Shown here: positions 47,601 through 61,800 of the stretch, one piece after another
Layout: the number at the start of each line of letters is the position of its first letter
Numbering within the stretch: position 1 is the stretch's first letter
Source: Oculina patagonica
Taxonomy: Eukaryota
DNA: 64,000 nucleotides
Direction of reading: 5' to 3'
Assembly (NCBI RefSeq): GCF_052425735.1
Contig: NC_135759.1
Location: 930,001-994,000, forward strand
The notes under the pieces: generated by a model
Seen by the model: only the letters and a program-made list of their open reading frames with translations
The model's database searches: none
What the model was told of the DNA's origin: nothing
Translations under genes and position numbers: made by a program

Positions 47601-50162
47601 CATAGCATAGTGCACCCTTAACCAGAGAAGAGAGGAAATACAAATACTAGTACTATACAAAAATTAGAAGTATATACGCCATGGTTTGAACAAAGGTTAG
47701 ATGCTGTCTACAAATTTTTCGATCAAAGCCTTAAAGAAGAAGCAGTGATTAGAAGAAAGCTGATAATGACGCACAAAGGCCTCGCATAACGCTTTTAAAA
47801 AATGTCTTTTAAGCACTATTTGTGTGTTACACTTCCGCAGGAGCGAGTATCGGCTATTTACTTACCATGCCCGTTTCCGGTCTATTGACCAAATATGGCT
47901 TCGACGGAGGCTGGGCCTCTGTCTTTTATTGCTTTGGTAAGTTCGTGTGTCCCTCCTAGATTCATCGTTTTTTGTAAATTGTGTTAGCAAAAATAATAAC
48001 GTATTTTTTAAACTGATCATGACAATAACTATAACATGACTATAACACTCTTTTATCGCATCTATATGTGTTCTGTATGGGGTTGGTCTTGCAATCAGCA
48101 ATACTGAATGATTATCCTGCAAAATCGCACGGAATATCCCCTGATAGTTGGCTAAAATCAGATGATTTTCCACAAGACTACGCAGGATAATTGTTTTATT
48201 GTCAACGAAAATATTTTTCAGCTCAATATACTGCAGTTATGCAGCGCTTTGTAAGACTTCGGACGAAACTTGGCTCTGGCTACGCATATCTGTTATGTAC
48301 GGATGACAGATAACAAAGATTCTGACCATATATGGGCATCGAAACAATTTCATTTTTTCATTTTATTTATTTATTCCATTTCAAAATAACAAAGATAAAT
48401 ATAAAGTGATACAAGTAAAGAAGAGAAATGGAAAAGGGCAAAGTATAGCTAGCTAATTGGATGCCCTTGTTTAAATTTGTTAAATATTCCCGGGAATAGT
48501 AGATAGTAACGGAGGCTTTCGTTATACAATTTAGAATAAAAATCAGCGAAAATAAATGACGTTTCGATGACTTTTTTAGAATTTGATAATGATGAACCGC
48601 GATTCATCGAAACGTCATTTATTTTCGCTGATTTTTAATTCTAAATAGTAGATAGGACCATTGATTTACAGGTTAAAGAGTTACCAATAGAGTATATTTT
48701 TTTGCATTTGCTGATTACCACACTCATTTAAAGAACTAATCCTAGCAGTATGCTGAAATTGAGTGTTTTACATTTTAACCTAGGAGTAGCATTGCCACAA
48801 GCTTCAGGTCGGTTATCGGAAGGTTATGGGTTCGACTCCTGTTAAGAGAGGGCGGATTTGTTTTGCGACTACCTTGAATGATTAACATCTTTTTTCATTG
48901 TTTAGGTGTGTTCGGTATTGTGTGGTATGTTGTCTGGGTGATGGTGGTATATGAATCACCTGCATTACATCCTACGATATCAAATGAAGAGAAAAATTTA
49001 ATACAAGAAACTGCCTTGGATCTATCCAAGGTAAACTATACGCAACAGTATTGTGTTTCCTAAGAATTAAGTAAAAGAAACGCCTAGTACAAGTTACGTT
49101 GATAAAGTTAAATCACGCCATAGCAAATTTGTTAAGCTGACGTTTTGAGAATAAGCCCTTATTTGGAGCAACATCAGCATGAGTGTGTTAATTAACTAGA
49201 TGTTGAGTTATACTTTAGTAGTTTATAATGAGTTTTAAAAGCCTAATACACGTGTTTTTTTTTATTATCTCAGGTGGACAAGATTGTTATTCCTTGGAAA
49301 TCTATTCTACTGTCACCACCCGTGTGGGGAATAATTGCTGCTAACTTTGCTTTAGACTGGGCATTTTATATTTTGCTTATATCGATGCCAATTTTTCTAT
49401 TAGATGTCATGAAAACATCCATCACCAAGGTAAGCTCATTAAAAGACGGCGGTCCTTTTCAACTTCTTTTTGCATAACTAGAAATTGTCTTGTTTTATAG
49501 ATAATAAAAAGTTAAACGATTATAAACACGCTAACGAAAACAGAACTAGATAGGGTCGCTGGTTTAGTGTAAGAACTGTTTATTTCACATGTAATTTTCT
49601 AGTGCCACACAGTATTTGGAACTATTGTTCTTTTTATAAAAATTCCACATATGATTACTTATTTCGTTTTTTATATTTTTTAGATGGGTTTCTTAGCTGC
49701 GACACCTTTTCTCGTCAAAGGGCTGTGCTCTCCAATGTCGGGACTAGCCGCAGACGTTCTTAGAAAGAGCACAGTGTCAACAAAAAATGTTAGAAAAGTG
49801 TTTTACGCTGCAGGTAAGCTACATGTTTGAGTCTTNNNNNNNNNNNNNNNNNNNNNNNNNNNNNNNNNNNNNNNNNNNNNNNNNNNNNNNNNNNNNNNNN
49901 NNNNNNNNNNNNNNNNNNNNNNNNNNNNNNNNNNNNNNNNNNNNNNNNNNNNNNNNNNNNNNNNNNNNNNNNNNNNNNNNNNNNNNNNNNNNNNNNNNNN
50001 NNNNNNNNNNCGTTTGTCGTTCGTTCGTTCGTTCGGCCGGTAGGTCGTTCGGTCGTTCGGTTGGTCGTTTGGCCGTTCGGTTGGTCGTTTGGTCGTTCGG
50101 TCATTCGTTCGTTCGTTTGTTCGTTCGTTCGTTCGGACGGTCGGTTGGTCGCTTGCTGCTCA

Positions 50163-50229
<67 letters not shown>

Positions 50230-52145
50230 CCTCGGCCTACATTTCCTTATTACTTCAAGTTTTATACGGGTATAATAAACAATAGACCTCTTTAGCTTCG
50301 TTGTTTGTTGTCCCATTTTAGACCACGTGATGTTACCCTTGAGAATTACCTCTTTCAACTTCAAACGGATCGTGGAAATGAATGAATAATTTCCAGATCA
50401 TGATGGACAAAGGAACAATTCTCTGGAGAGTATCACATGATCTGAAATGGACAATTTACATACGTAGCTAAAAAGGTCTATTGCAATAACTGATGTTCCA
50501 AAGTGCCTCACCATTGTTTCTTTGTCTTATTTCCTAACAGGGGCTGTAGCAAGTGGGTTTTTAGTTCTGATAGCAGGTTACTCTTTAAACGTAACAGTTG
50601 TTGTTATCTGCATGAGTCTTGCTGGATTGACTACGTCACTAGCATTCCCAGCATACACTGTGAACATGTTGGACATAGCTCCGCGCTACTCTAGTATCAT
50701 TATGGGAGTATGCAACACGGTTGGAACAACAGCCGGTTTTGTTAGTCCAACTATTGTGGGCTTTATCACGCAGGAGGAGGTGGGTGTCTTACAATATATG
50801 CCTAAGGACTCTTTTTTCATGCGATTAATTCCTCCCCCTCCCCCCCATCACAAGGGACCAGTTTGAGGTTTGATCAGATGGTGTGCTCTAAGGAATGATT
50901 TTAATTTCCGCGCGCATGATACCGCAAATAAGAGACATTAAACGGGTTTCTGTAGTGCTACGTTACCACTATGAAATATATCTAGTTGATCCCCAGACGT
51001 CACTTGAGCCGCGGGAAGAAGTAAACACAAGAAGAGAGACGGCTGCCTCGTGCGGAGAGGGGGGCGGGGGGGGATTACTTGGGATAGTTTGGGTGGGGGT
51101 GCTTCGCTGGGGTCTAGGAACCCCTACCATGTCTCAGACCAAAAAAGGCCCAAGTTTGCTACTCCATCTCAGGTTGAAGAGTTAAGACTACTGATAACCT
51201 TTTTGGGTGCCTTTCAGAAAATGTTTTGTACGCGCGTCATTTTTGTTGAAAACAAGGCTTACCATATATCTCTAGAAAGGTAATGAAATGCAGAATCCAA
51301 ATTAAATGACATTTAAAAATTTTATGGCTACGGTTAGTGTGTGCGGGCCTTCAAACTCGAAACCGTCACCCGCCTTCGCATTTTCACTTACAACAAAACA
51401 AACTGCACTATATCATCAGCACTTGATAGGCTACCAAAGTGTGTGGAAGGATCTTTCTATTCGCTATTGAGAAATTAGGATTTGTAGTTGGCCAATAGAA
51501 TATTTTTCGTTTCGCGTCACGTAAAGAGGTGTCACAGTAGAAACATTTCGAATATTTTAAAAGCCCGACACAATTTTGTGGACCAATATCCTATGATCAT
51601 TTGGCCCAATTTCGTAAAAATCCGACAAATCTACATACCCTATTAATTCAGCGAAGTGAACATCGATTGTTTCGAATTTGAAGGCTTGTGTGCGCTATCT
51701 GATGTTAATGTTAATATGTTTGGATTCTATATTTCATTACCTTTCCAGAGTTATAAAGTTAGCCGTGTTTTCAAAGAAAATGATGACCAAAGATTTTCCG
51801 AAAAGGACCCGAAAAGGTGATAAGTAACGTTAAATTGTACCCCAGTCTCAGACTGGAATAGAAGTGGATATTTCTATTTTAAATATTTTCCCAAAATACT
51901 TTAACATCCGCTATTTATTTAACTCATTCTTAACCCCTTAAGCTAAAAGTGAGGCATTTTTGTTCCTTTTGTAGACTGCAGAAGAGTGGCAAACAGTGTT
52001 CTGGTTGACTTTTGCAATTTTAGTGGGAGGAACCGTAATATTTTGTGCGCTGCTGTCAGGAGAGCGCCAAGAGTGGGACAAAACTGAAACAAACTCGGCC
52101 ACGGAGGATGACACTATGGAATCACAAAGCGCTGCCGGCAGCTAA
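44642..52145 (+). CDS. SLC17-family (sialin/VGLUT-like) MFS transporter, paralogue 1, 10 exons, 464 aa
   Basis: Exons 44642-44797, 45614-45647, 46914-47113, 47339-47426, 47841-47936, 48906-49030, 49274-49429, 49684-49813, 50541-50779, 51975-52145 (1395 nt). Motifs [77 protein letters not shown]. The assembly gap in intron 8 need not hide an exon, since phases and the paralogue match. Confidence 0.93.
44811..44975. mobile_element. Short TA-flanked MITE
   Basis: TA|CAGTCAACTCTCACTAT ... ATAGCGGGAGTTGACTG|TA. Confidence 0.7.
45850..46314. mobile_element. Poly-G/poly-C-ended DNA element with 8-10 bp TSD
   Basis: (GG)CTTCTCAT on both sides. Ends CC(G)nTTCTCCCATA ... TATGGGAGTA(C)nAGG. Confidence 0.65.
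48579..48620 (+). ncRNA. Minimal hammerhead motif (U3-A8 variant) in an intronic palindrome (about 48530-48645)
   Basis: GAAT TTGATAA T GATGAA ccgcga TTCATC GAAAC GTC ATTT. Same core as 21068-21188 but with a different, fully paired stem II. Confidence 0.55.
49836..50010. other. Assembly gap (175 N)
   Basis: Run of N. Confidence 1.
50011..50228. repeat. Compound microsatellite (TCGT/TCGG)n followed by (GTCT)n
   Basis: Tetranucleotide repeats directly visible next to the gap. Confidence 0.95.
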
Positions 52146-53235
52146 TATGGATCTGCATTGCGTGGTCCCGCGAGTGGATTCTATCAATGGTCTATTAGAA
52201 GGGACCATTTAGGACGAATTTGACAAGCTAAGAGACGCTTTGTTTATATAAAAACCATCAGTGATGGTTTGATTTTGTAAAAGAGTACTCGATGAATGAT
52301 AGGTACCCATTTTGGAGGTGAAGATGAATAACGATGGAGAGAATGGGACTGGGTTACAATTAGGTGGACAAACTTCGAAACACAAACGCAAGCTAACGTT
52401 TTCAATTTGCCTATTTTTTGAAGTTTTGCTAGGATAAATTATATTTGACTTTCAACTAGACCATTTCAAACAAATTAAAGCGAGATTCTATTCACCTTAA
52501 AATGATTACACGCAAACAGAACACGGTCAACGAACGGATGCATCGAAGAAACTTGAACGCGAACGCGCGTAGAGAAATTTAAAATAACCGACCCGCAGGG
52601 CTTTAAAATCGAGGAATTATGGTTGTTTATTATTTTTGAAGATGATCATGTCATATTCACTGCCCTGCCGTGAAATAATTGTTAAAGAGTCACAATAACC
52701 TGTTACCACCAAAAGAATCGGAAAATAATAAACAAAGCTTCTGCGAATTGGTAAAAGATAACTTTTGATAGAAGACTTTAAATTGTTCTCTCTTCTTTTA
52801 TTCTGCTCTACCGAAATAACCTTTAACGCAGAGCATTCTTTCAGAAATAAATACTTTCGTTTTACTTGTTTATTGGATTTTGCTAAGTTGATATTTAATT
52901 AATAGCCACATTTTCTTTCCCTAAGACTACAAGAAACAATCGACACTTGCAGGTATATTGTGTATGTCAACAATGGTTTGGTTTACGGCGCACAACAATT
53001 GAAAGTTCTGGGTTATTTGATCGCATCTTTACTACAGTCACCGAAAATGCAGCAAGCCTTACGAAAGCACTGGACATATGTGCGATTTTATAACGTTTAG
53101 AAGAAAGGCGTTGATTGTATACAAAGAGTATGGTTTCACTCGAAAATATTACTACAAGAAAATGAAAATGACGCGGTAAATATTTTCACCGAAGTCCCTG
53201 ATTTAATTTCGAGATTTTTAACGGAAGGTACGACA

Positions 53236-55818
53236 ATGTGTTCAAATGGAATTCCGAAACGATACGTTCTGTCCATATTGGTGTTCTGGGGATTCTTTAC
53301 TATGTACGCATTGCGGACTAATTTAAACGTAGCCATTGGCGCAATGGTCAAAAATCACACTGTGGTTATCGATGGAGTGGAGACTGATAAGGTAGGTTAG
53401 ATATTTAAGAATAAACAGTTTATTTGTAATGCGTTATATAATTACTTAGAAAATATATGAGAGTTCCCGGAAGCTGGAGACCTTTTTAGAGATGTTAATC
53501 AAAATGGTTTTCAGTGGTTTGTTAAGATATTTCTTCTGTTAACGATTAACTGAAGTTACATATGAATCGAAAACATTTAAATATTAGGTAAAGAAAAAGG
53601 CCTTAATCTCGCTGGCGAGGTGTTTTCAATGGCCTAGCTCCACCTGGAGCGAAGGGCCCAAGTAAGTACTAAGTTAGGGCCTTTTGAGTCCCGAGCTTAT
53701 TCCGGTTTCCGTAGCAATACTCGAATAGGAGTATTTTTTCTCCCCCTGGATGAGATGTTAATGTTATTCTATTGCAGGGTTTCCCCTAGCATTTAATTTG
53801 CTGGTGCCAATTTATACACCTGGGTAAATAGAGGTACTGTAAAAGTAAAGTATCTTGCCCAAGAACACAACGCCATAAACCAGGCCAGGGCTTAAACCGG
53901 ACAGCTCGATCCGCAAAAATTAAACAAAAATATTGTTAATGCGCTGAAATACAAAATTTTGCGGACGTTTCGAGTCTTCTGTCTATTCATCAGCGTAGAA
54001 ATGCCGATCGGAAGTCCTTCTCGATCCACAGTCCAGTATACTTATCATTTAAAGGGCCACTACACCTACCGTACTGGATAAGAAAAAATATGAGAATTTA
54101 ATTTTTCACCCTAGCAAAATATAAACTTAACAGGTGTTTATGTCACAGCAGTAGCTATTAGACGATAGTCGACTATTATAACCATTACGGTTCTTGAAAT
54201 CCCCCCCCCCAAACAAAAAAAAAAAAAAAAAAAACACAATCTTTTAAATCGGTCCAACTTCAATGGCAGACAAATTTATTATATGGTAATTAGCCACAGC
54301 TTGACAAACTGAGATGTGTTAAAATGTCCTGTTGATCTACTCAGTAGGAATCGCGGTTGTTTTGCAATTGTTTTGTCAATGTTAAAACATCACCTGTCTT
54401 CTTGACAAAATATAAGGGAGCAAAAATTTTGCGGCGTTCTTGCGAAGCGTGTCATGGTTGACAACCGGAAATTGATGTTCTTGTATTGTGGGGCGCTTTG
54501 ACTGCTGACAATGAGTTAGAAATCTCTTGATTTAGAAGTTATAACTTGACATCTGGCCACTATCGATGCATTTAAGTGAACTTTGCTCTTAAACACTCTT
54601 AAATTAAATAGAAAAAAAAATGAATATGTTAGTGTTCAGTCTAATTTGGTCGACCGTAAGAATTTTGGAAAACGACAGAATTCAAAATCCTTCCTGAGAT
54701 TGCAGGTATATAGATAAATCGGAAATTTAATAATACACCTAGAAGCACCGGGATCGAGTAAGGCTGTGTTCACACTTGGTGCCTGAGCACGATTCTGAAT
54801 GAGTACGTATGTGAACACACTACTTTTTCAAGTGCTAGCGCCAGATTCATGTGCCCAGTGTAGGTCGAGTCTTTGTACTGGGGCACTTAAAGCTTTCTTA
54901 GTTAGTGTAGTTAGTGTTTTTATCCTTTGTTTGTTTGTTTTTTATCTGCAATTTTTACCTGACCGGAAATACCGTGTTTTAAATAAAGTTTTGCTTACTT
55001 ACTTGTAGTTTACACTTAGTGCCCGAGCACTGGTACAGGCGCACCGGCAAAAATTAGCGTCGTGTTCACACACGGAATACAAGTGCGAATACAAGGTCTC
55101 GTCCTTGTACTTGAGCTCGGGCACGGTACCCGAATTATGGCGTGTGTACTTGAAAAAATAGTATGTTCACATTAGTGCCCAGCGAGAATGGTACTCGGGC
55201 AGAGTGCCCAGGCACCAAGTGTGAACATAGCCTAAGGGTACTTGGTTTGGTTTCCTGTGTCTGAACACGGCACTGTTCTTTCTTGCCAATACCCAGGTGC
55301 CAGTGCTCGTGCACTAAAGGTGAACGTGGCATTAAGTTGAATTGCACCACGTCAGTTATTTGCTACATGGGTAAATGAGTCGGCAATAATTAATTTGGAA
55401 AGACGAAACTGTAAAATAGATTGAAACCCCTCATAAGAACAAAAATGGTGCAAAATATGGTCATTCATGTAGTGTATAATGAATCCTTTTTGAAATTTTC
55501 TTCCAGGAAGCGGAATTTAAGTGGAGCTCAAAATTGCAGGGTAAGATGCAGGGTTATAAACATCGCTATGAAAGCAATTTTTTTGTGATTGACTTGTGGT
55601 TCTGGCACTGTCCTGATAAATTTTATACAACGACAAAAATTATACAAGTTCTAAAGTTTGTATACTTTCTACCATTCAGCTTTCACTATTGTACCGGTAG
55701 ATCACGTGAAAATTGAATAAAAACAGCATACATGCACCACGCATCTTGCGATTTACTGCATATAAATTAACATTAGAACGCTGGAAGAGAAGTGATAAAG
55801 TTGTGAGCACTCACATTT

Positions 55819-55852
<34 letters not shown>

Positions 55853-58800
55853 TTTTTGGTTTTTTGCGTAATAAACGTGTTGTTTACTGCGTAAGTTAAT
55901 GATCAATTACTCTCTACCCCAGCATGTCTTTTCTAACGACTGCAGTAGTCGAGTAAGATAATAAGTTAGGCTGTGTTCACACTTGGTGCCTGAGCATGGT
56001 GCCCGAGTACGATTCTCGCTGGGCACTAATGTGAACATACAATTTTTTCAAGTACCTACGTCATGATTCGGGCACGGTGCCCTTGCCCGAGTACGGGTGC
56101 TACTTGGGTACTTTGGTTTTCTGTATGTGAACACGACGCCTTTTTTTCACTGGTGCTCAGGTACTACTACTCGGGCACAAAGTGTGAACACTGCCTTATT
56201 TTATCTTATAGGTGTGGTGCTGGGATCGTTTTATTACGGCTATGTCGCGCTACAAATCCCTGGGGGCTGGCTTGCACTCAAAGTAGGAGGAACTCGCTTG
56301 TTTGGTGTGGCGGTGCTGATAGCTTCAACATTAACATTACTAACTCCTGTAGCGTCGCGAACGAGCGTGGTACTACTGATAATTGTGAGGGTTGGAGAGG
56401 GCCTGGTACTGGTGAGTATCGAAGACATTCCATGGAGGGGACTTATTATCTTTTCCGATCTTCGACCCGATTTAAAATTTCTTTTTGTTGTTGTTTTTTT
56501 CTTTTCTTTTAGAAAACGAATCAATTGTCGTCACTATCTGTGTAACGCGAAACCATCGCGCGTCCCATAACGCGTCCCTTACCGTTCTCTGAATCCCTGT
56601 ACCCTTCTTTCTTTATGTTGCAGCTAGATATACCTAGCTCATTACTATGCCGCCATTCTGCGCTACTACTGACCTTTTTCTACTGTAAGGGGGCCGTGTT
56701 TTAAGGTGGTTAAATGCACGGTGGTTAGAATACAGGACCCCTGATTGAGCGACCTTGGTTCGAGCCTTGGTCGAGTCTTTGTGTTGCGTCCTTGGGCAAG
56801 ACCCTTTATTCTCATTGTTCCTACCTCGAGTCAGGTGGGTAAATGTGAGTTACCCCAAGGATTTTGTTCGTCCACACCATGATGACTAGCATCCACAGGG
56901 AAATAGAAATATTCATAGTAGATGAGCGACGGCCTGCCATAGGCCTCTAGACTTGTAGGCATACTAATCTATTTTATGATAAATTTTGAAAAACACCTCA
57001 CTTATCTGTAGTAAATAATAAAGATGGTAGATTTTTAAGCTCGGTGATAAATAGTGACGAAATTATTCTACATGACACGAGCGTGGGACAAAGAGAAAAT
57101 CTGAATCCCCGACGGGAATCGAACCCATGGCCTCCCAGTGAGGTACCGGTTGGGCGCTCGACCACATTGAACGTGTAGCTGTCGTTTGGATGTTTAATAG
57201 CTGATATTGTGAATGCTTGCCCCTTAACGTTTGTTTAAAAAGAAGCCTGCAGTAAATGAATGGACAAGATAAGAAATACACGTCAAAACACGTGCTTTGC
57301 AAACCTTTTTGACAAAAAAACGGAAACAGATATCACTGTGGTGCTAAATCAATTTAGTGGACTCTAAACGTTTTCACTAAATCTCACATTCTTAGGGAGT
57401 GCTGTTTCCCTGTAACCACGCTATCTGGAGCAAATGGGCACCGAGCATGGAGAGAACTATTCTAGTTTCAATTGCAGTTACAGGTAATTCATCATTAGTG
57501 CCCTTATATTAGCTCGTCAACTCATTAGTTGATCATCAACTTGGAACAAACAACTGTTAACCATGAAGGTTTTGGACAGAACGCTTGTTTTAGATTTTGA
57601 AAAGATAATGTCAGCTCGAGTTGTGCACAAAGTACCTATGTTCAGCCTGGTGAGATACAATGAGAAAATATTCATGAGTAAGTGATGAAAGCTCCACCGA
57701 ATTTTCTAATTTCTCCCAAAACAAATCGAACCCATGACTTTTCGCGCACCACCCGGACACTCAAGTTTTATCATAGAAATTCAGTTTCCAACGACAGATC
57801 TGATCTGAATCTGAATTTGTTTTCACTGTCTATTCGCAGGCTGTACTGTTGGCAGTATCGTTACAATGCCAATTTCAGGTTTGTTGACAAGATACGACTT
57901 TGATGGAGGTTGGCCGGCTGTGTTCTATTCATTTGGTAAGAGTCACTTTAATTACGCATGCTTGTTGAAATAAACGACATGTAATCTGATTTCCAGTAAT
58001 CTCCTCCACGGCGTCTCCGAGTTTGTGTCTTCATGCACTCGATAAAAAATAATTCAATAGTTACTTGAGTATTGAGGTCAGCGTGCAAGGAGAAGTCGCT
58101 GACACTTCGATTGACGCCAGAATAAAACATGTAATAAACTCGATATATTTGATTCTGCGCATGCAGGAATCAATCAACTAATCAATATATCAATCGTTTA
58201 TTTACCGATAAAAAAGATCTTATAAAAGATCTTATAAACGCCCACTCTCAAATAAACGCCCCGTTTCTTATGAACGCCCCCTCATAGGTGTTAAGTTTGT
58301 AACAGACGCCCCCTCTAATAAATTAAGAGTAAATTCACGTAATAAATGTTATGTGGTTTCTTGCTTGACTCGGACATCGAAGAGGCCAACGATGCCGACA
58401 TGGTTCACCGCAATGACAATAAAGACATCGATATCGCACTATGAACATCTCTAGGCTATGCATTAGCGCAGAATAGAAGTGTCTCCTACTCACAAACTCT
58501 GTTCTCTATCTTACTCCGCGAGCAAACTACGCGTCTTAATTTTTAGTTGCTGTTGTTGCAGTTCAAGTGAAATAAACGCATCATATTCTTTTAAACGCCT
58601 CTCCTAGGACCCTTAAAATTTAATAGACGCTCTGGGTATTTAATAGATCATTTACGGTATCCACGTAACGTCTTGTGAGCTGAAAAGCTCGTTCAAAATA
58701 CGTACGTGCAGATAAAAAAAATGAAAAAGTGTTTGGAATTTGGTGGTATAAAGCGTGGTATGTTTTGGTATACTTTACATTTTTTATTCACAGGAATGTT

Positions 58801-61800
58801 TGGCATTCTGTGGTATGTAGCATGGTATGTTTTGGCGTTCGAGTCACCATCTGTTCATCCAACAATAACAGAAGATGAACGATCCTACATTGAACTATCT
58901 GCAGTTAATATGGCCGAGGTACGTAAGCGCTATAATTAGAAAGCCGTTTTGGCTTTCGTACCATCTAACTCACTAAATCTCAAAAAAAAAAAAAAAATGA
59001 ACAATGCTTGTAGATCTAGCCCTGACACCTGACAAGCAACCAAAATTGCTTTTTCACAAATAAATTATTGTGTCTTTATTTCGCAATACAAACAGACAGT
59101 TTTTTGTGTTTATCCAATCATATACACTGACAACTTATAACCAGTAAATCGGGTTTCTCCGTCATCGTTAAGTTAAAACTGATCACTGACAAGAGACTCG
59201 AGGTTTTTTTGATGTCATACATTTATAATTCCATTTAGAATCTGTTAATAAAATGCCAGTTTCAATGACGTCACAAAGATTGGCAACATATTTAGTTCAT
59301 AACACCGAATTTGGAATTGTTGTCTTAAATATCCTTCTATTACCGGTCAGAACATTCACTTAAGGTCATTTCCCTGAAATAGAACTGAACACAATTTTTT
59401 AACCAAACGTCGCCTACTGGTTTATTACTTTAAAAACTTAAATTTTGAAATAAAAAAGGGGGGTCACCAGATTCGTTTAGGAGCAGGAAGACCATGTATA
59501 TTCCATATAATTCCTTTATAATTCATCTGCGAGTACTGGCAAAGTACACTTTTTAGCGATAAATTATTTTTCAAACATAGGAATTGATCTGTTTTCATTT
59601 TACAGAAAGAATTTGATCACTACACCCTAAATATGAGAAAAAATTGATAGGTCACCAGACTCGTTTAGGAGAAAGTGACAATTTACTTCTCACGCGGACT
59701 AAGCTGCATAGAAAAAAGCTGCCATTTTGTTCATGCGCGCGCTAATTACATGGAAAATTCTGCGCAGTAAGGATGTGCAATGCAATACATGGCAATGACC
59801 TTAAACCAGGCATGCACACAGGTGACCTTCTATATTGTGGAACACAATCACTTTATGCCATCAGTCTGAGAAATTACCATAAAATATCGCCACTTGTATT
59901 CACATTCAGTAAAAATTCTCTCCACAGGTAACTCAAGGCACAGTTCCATGGAAATCTATTATCACCTCAGGTCCTGTCTGGGGCATAATTGTGGCGGCAT
60001 TTGCTTCAGATTGGGGCTTATATGTACTACTTATTTGTGTTCCATTGTTTTTAATGGATATTCTACACTACGAGGTTGCAGCGGTGGGTAAATTCTTCTG
60101 ATTATTATTAGTGAAGGTGAATTTTTCAATGTCTTATTTCTTAGCTTCCTTTTCTATCGGTTCTGTATACAAACTCATTCATAAGATAGTTTAAACTTTT
60201 TGGTAAAATTATCATGTGATGGGAAATTGCCTTCCTTTCTTGTAGTTGGGTGCTTTTTTCCTGTTTTACTGAATTAAAAGAATTAAACGATTATGTCTAT
60301 ACAGGTATACGCCTTACTCCAAAATGGCGGAAAAACAGTATTCTTTTGTAAACATGTTAATTGGCCCTTATGGCCTCGTTTCAAGCCAAAAAATTTTTTT
60401 TAAAGTTCAGCAGATGCGATCGAGGGCACAAGGGCCATTTAACATTAACATTACAAAATAATAATGTATTTTCGCCATTTTGGAATGGTGTATGAGGTTG
60501 ATTTAATTGTTACCAGCGGAATATCATCTTTGTGAACAACATTACCAAGCTAAAAACAATATCCTTTAAGTACACTGTATATGAAGGAAAAAATACGTTA
60601 ACATTTTATTCTTCCTTCCAGATGGGATTTGCAGCCGCTGCACCGTTTGTTTTTAAATCTCTGTCCTGTCCCATCGCAGGTCTCACCGCTGACCTTCTCA
60701 GGCGGAATATTCTTTCTACGAAAACTGTGAGACGCATGTTCTACACAACAGGTAAAAGAGGTTAATAAATATGCCTTTTGCGCATGCGTCTCACGAGTTA
60801 TAGTTTTCACTTTTCAACGCGAAGCATCATAAAAATAAAACATGAGTAGAATTGTGTGGTTAATTAAAGGTAAAGGTTTACCAAATAGCTATTTACTTTG
60901 CGTGGTGAAGGAGTTAAACTCGGGACTACCAAGAATAAAACCCGATTCTTTCGACTTCCAAGATCGTCGCCCTGACTAATCGGCAATGCTGTCTTCCCGC
61001 ATTGGACCAACAACAAAAACGCATGGTATCTTAAAAGTTAAGGCAACTGTGGCATCGAACAAATACATTTTGAACATTACAAATCGTCTTTGACTGCTCG
61101 TTTCCTTCCTGTAATGCTCACATATTTCATTTTCTCATTTTTCTTGTAGGTGTACTCACTGCGGGCCTGTTCATTTTGATGGCAGGATATTTCAAAAAAC
61201 CTGATGCCGTCATAAGTTGTATGTGTGTGGCCGGGGGTGCGGCGGGCATGGTGTACGCGGGCTTCCAAGTTAACATGTTAGATATCGCCCCACGAAACGC
61301 CTCCGTTGTCATGGGAATAGTCAACGCTGCCAGTAATACTGCAGGGTTTCTTAGCCCAATGTTAGTTGGGTTTATAACCCACAACAAGGTACGATACCCA
61401 ACTTAAACGGTGTGTGCCAACCTTTTCCTCAAGGTTCCAAACAACGAATGAAGTAAAATCAGTAAAATACAGTTAGACTTTTGTCAACTTGGGTCCAAAC
61501 GTGGGTCCGGATCAAGCGCTGACCGGGTCATTGGATATGTGTTGTGTTCTTGTCGCATGTCCTCTTCATGCAGAAGTATAAATGGGTACCCTGTCAAAAA
61601 ACTAAGGGGTAACTTGTGATGGAATAACAGCCTATCCTGGAAGGGTATTAACACTTCTAGTCGCTTCATGCTGCGGAAACCGGGATAAGCTCAGGGAGTG
61701 TGTGGTAAATGAAACCGAAGTGATTGCAAGCAGGTACCACGGAATAATAAGGGCAAATGATATTAATTAGCCAAATTTCAACTTTCAACTACCAGAGCTA

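Noticed and set aside
49787-50295. ORFs of 68-162 aa spanning or adjoining the N gap
   Set aside because: Artefacts of the N run and the microsatellites.
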